A stretch of DNA of 64,000 nucleotides from Azolla caroliniana (lineage: Eukaryota; Plantae; Polypodiophyta). Location: the NCBI GenBank assembly GCA_043228905.1, contig JBHGNT010000011.1, forward strand, positions 20,274,001 through 20,338,000, written 5' to 3'. Below, in pieces: positions 61,160-64,000 of the stretch. The notes under the pieces were generated by a model. The model saw nothing but the letters and a program-made list of their open reading frames with translations. It was not told where the DNA came from and searched no databases. Position numbers and translations under genes: made by a program. Numbering within the stretch: position 1 is the stretch's first letter; every line of letters starts with the position of its first letter.

Positions 61160-61430
61160 CAACTCAAGTTTAAAACGAACCGTTTAATTGTTCTAAACTG
61201 TTTGGCAGTCAGTTCGGCTAAGTTCAGGCTTCAACATCCTTAACTGATTTGGGCTCAGTTTGGGATGACTGAAGCCGAACCAGACCGTTTTGGGCTAAAC
61301 CGGTTTGGTTTAAGTTCGAGAACTCCCAAACTTGTGAAGACTTAATAGGTTTGGTTTGGACTGGGACAAACTGGTTAAGCCGAAACCGAACCGTTGCCAA
61401 TTCGAGGTTGTTCCACATTTGAACTGAGCA
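61160..61430. mobile_element. Possible degraded DNA transposon/MITE end
   Basis: Cluster of AAACCG/AACCG and GGTTT motifs in both orientations; no TIR or TSD resolved. Confidence 0.35.
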
Positions 61431-62041
61431 AAGCATAATGGGCAGAGAAACAAATATGTATATAAAGGTTAGTTTTGTTGATTATAGACTATTAAGCAAG
61501 ATCAAAAGAGCGATTAAATATTAATTCAGATCACTAATAGCATATCAATATAACCTTAAGATAGAGCTCATAGGCTATGCTATTCTCTATATTGTCAAAC
61601 TGATTCAAAATACGTGAGTTTATGACCCACCAAACGATCGGATGCATGCATACTATTTACATCATGAAGTCTTGTTAACTAAAGCTTAAGAGTAACTGTA
61701 AGATACATATAGCATGACTCATTTCATGCATGAGTTGATAACAAGTTTAATATTTCCTCGCTTGATTTTATTTCCTATATATCTCTTGATTTTTCTCGTC
61801 TCCATTATTATTTCGCATATCTCGAGAACAGAGCAAATCATAAAGGCTAGAAAAATAAATACACAGAAATTTGGTTTCATTCTCTCTCTCTCTCTCGCCT
61901 TCGTCGTCGTCGTCGTCTTCCCTCCCTCCCTCTTCTTCTTCTTCTTCCACCCCTTAACTTTTACTTAACTCGCCTGCAACTTGAATACGTGCTACTGAGC
62001 CAGTCATTACTCTCAATCGCGAGGGAGATTCTCTGATCGCC

Positions 62042-63531
62042 ATGGAATCCGCCAGCATACCTGTCCCTACCCCCAGCGAGAAGATTCGTAAAGAAGGGAA
62101 CAAGATCTACATGCAACTCGTAGATGCTTCCATGTCTAGTTCATTCGGCCCTGTCCTCAGGAAAGCCAAACTAGATCGCGCGAATGACCTTTACCACAAA
62201 GCCATGGCTGCTAGCACTTCTTCAGATGAAAAAGTTTCTTGTGCCAAGAACCTTGCTTCTCTTGGCTATCTGTTTTGCCGAGCTCACGTTGAGCACACAT
62301 TGATTCCTGTCCAAAGAGAAGAAGATCTTCGAGATCCACATCAAGCCATGCTCACCATGAAACTACATGTGTCTGAGACCGTGCGAAACTTTGTTGCTGC
62401 GCTCCGCTTTGATATGAATGAGTTGGATGCGAATCATCCATGCAAGCCGAAGGCATGGATAGATAAGCTCATCCTTTCGTTCACCGATTTCATCAAATGG
62501 ATCTCTGACACATCTCTCCTTCTTCGATTTCCTCACAGTCCCCTTCTCCAATACCTTTGCGATGCTTTCTCTGACCATCCTACATGTGCCATACCTCAAA
62601 ACAATCACGGGCATCTTCGTCAAATTGAAGCTTCCTAAAAACCCCAGCATTCAAGAACTTCTCAGAGGCGCTTTTCAACGAGGCTCTAACCAAGCAACTG
62701 CCAGATAAAAGCAACATTGACTATGCTGCGTGTGCGTGGTTGCTCCATGGTTGCAATGTGCCCTTACGGAAGGCCATTTCTTATCTACAGCATCTAGCCG
62801 CAACAGAAGAATACAAGAGCTTAGTTGAAGAGGTTCACATGCTTGAGAACTCCGTCTCTATTCACCATTGCATATGTGAAGGCCTCCGAAACCCTGCATT
62901 GGGTGACAAAGCTCTATCCAAAGCTTTAATGGATGAAGAGGATCTTAACATGGATAGTGTGAAAGATTCATTGGATTATTATAGGCAAGCTTCAATTGCC
63001 ACACGTGAAAAGGACATGGAGACGGAGGCAATCGCCATGCATAGGATCGGAAAGGTATATGGAGATGTTCATAAGATGGCAATTACTGCGCACAAGTACC
63101 ACTTTCAATACGTGAGGCTCGCTCTCACGGTCATGTCACCCCGGATTGAGCAATCAGATTGGTACAAATACTCACTGAAGAAGGTGCAAGAGCATCAAGT
63201 GAAGAAGGTGCAAGAGGAGAAAGTCAAATATGCCAAGAGTAGAAAACCTATAGTGAAAAGATTGAAGACCAAAATCAACAAACTTTCTGAAGAAGCAGCT
63301 AACAAGAGTGCAGAATCTTTCCTGAAGTTTGTGTATGAGGAGTATCCACATCCAGAGTTGAAGAGGAATATTATACCTAAGCTTGATACTAAAGAGAATG
63401 TGAAACAAAGCTTAAAGAAGGCGATCCTTCATTACCATCCAGACAATAATGTGGCGCATGGTGAAGATTGGAAAGTGTTGTGCGATGAGATTTGCAAGCA
63501 CCTATCTCTGAAGTATGAATGTTTCAAGTAG
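62042..63531 (+). pseudogene. Intronless helical-repeat (TPR-like) protein with a C-terminal J-like HPD domain; reading frame disrupted near 62580-62640
   Basis: ORF 62042-62638 starts SEKIRKEGNKIY (TPR-like). A second frame is open from 62629 to 63531 and ends LKKAILHYHPD...WKVLCDEICKHLSLKYECFK. No obvious GT-AG intron bridges the shift. Confidence 0.7.
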
Positions 63532-64000
63532 CTACATAGTTTTTGATATACATTGTCCATAAAAAAGACTTTTTTGTAGATAATCTTTGTGTTTGTATGG
63601 GATTCCTCATTTACATCACCATTAATGTTGTTGATGCAAGTACTTTATCATCGTAGTAGTTCTGAGACTAGCACTAATGTAGCTCTTTTTCATGTCACCT
63701 TTCATGCATTATAGAATCATCCACTAAACAAGAGTCTTGTCCAGATCTCTCTGACAGGGAGTGTGGACATTGTCTGTATCCCATTTTGCATGTTTCTCTA
63801 CGATTGATCTATGGTTTTGAAAACTAGCTAAAACTTCCTTCAATTTCTTTGTAAATGGCTATATTTGTACATTGGTAGATTTAGTTAGCATTCAATAAAT
63901 CCGAAATGCATGTTTGTGTGTCCTAGAACATGCTACCGTAACATGATATCTATAAATGAAAATTACTTTATCGTTGAAAAATAGGAAAAATTTATGACCT

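Overview
Plant nuclear DNA; a non-seed land plant such as a fern is inferred from gene and retroelement content, not proven. The left 18 kb is genic: a PLS-E class PPR gene, an oleosin, a three-exon membrane-tethered bZIP17/28-like gene with an unusual His/Cys repeat insert, and a BIC-like cryptochrome inhibitor. From 18.2 to 52.5 kb lies a retroelement nest. It holds an intact chromovirus with apparently identical LTRs, a LINE sitting in a (GA)n tract, several nested Copia elements cut by large deletions, a 364-bp satellite built from the 3' end of a chromovirus whose LTR carries tRNA-like A/B boxes, and a non-autonomous LTR family with a tRNA-Trp primer site. The right end has a solo LTR, a SAUR gene and a frameshifted intronless TPR-like/J-domain gene. 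The most promising leads are the hairpin array and tRNA-like module in the chromovirus leader, the Pol III-box LTR satellite, the Trp-primed family, the bZIP His/Cys repeats and the TPR/J gene. All calls come from reading the sequence; no searches were run.
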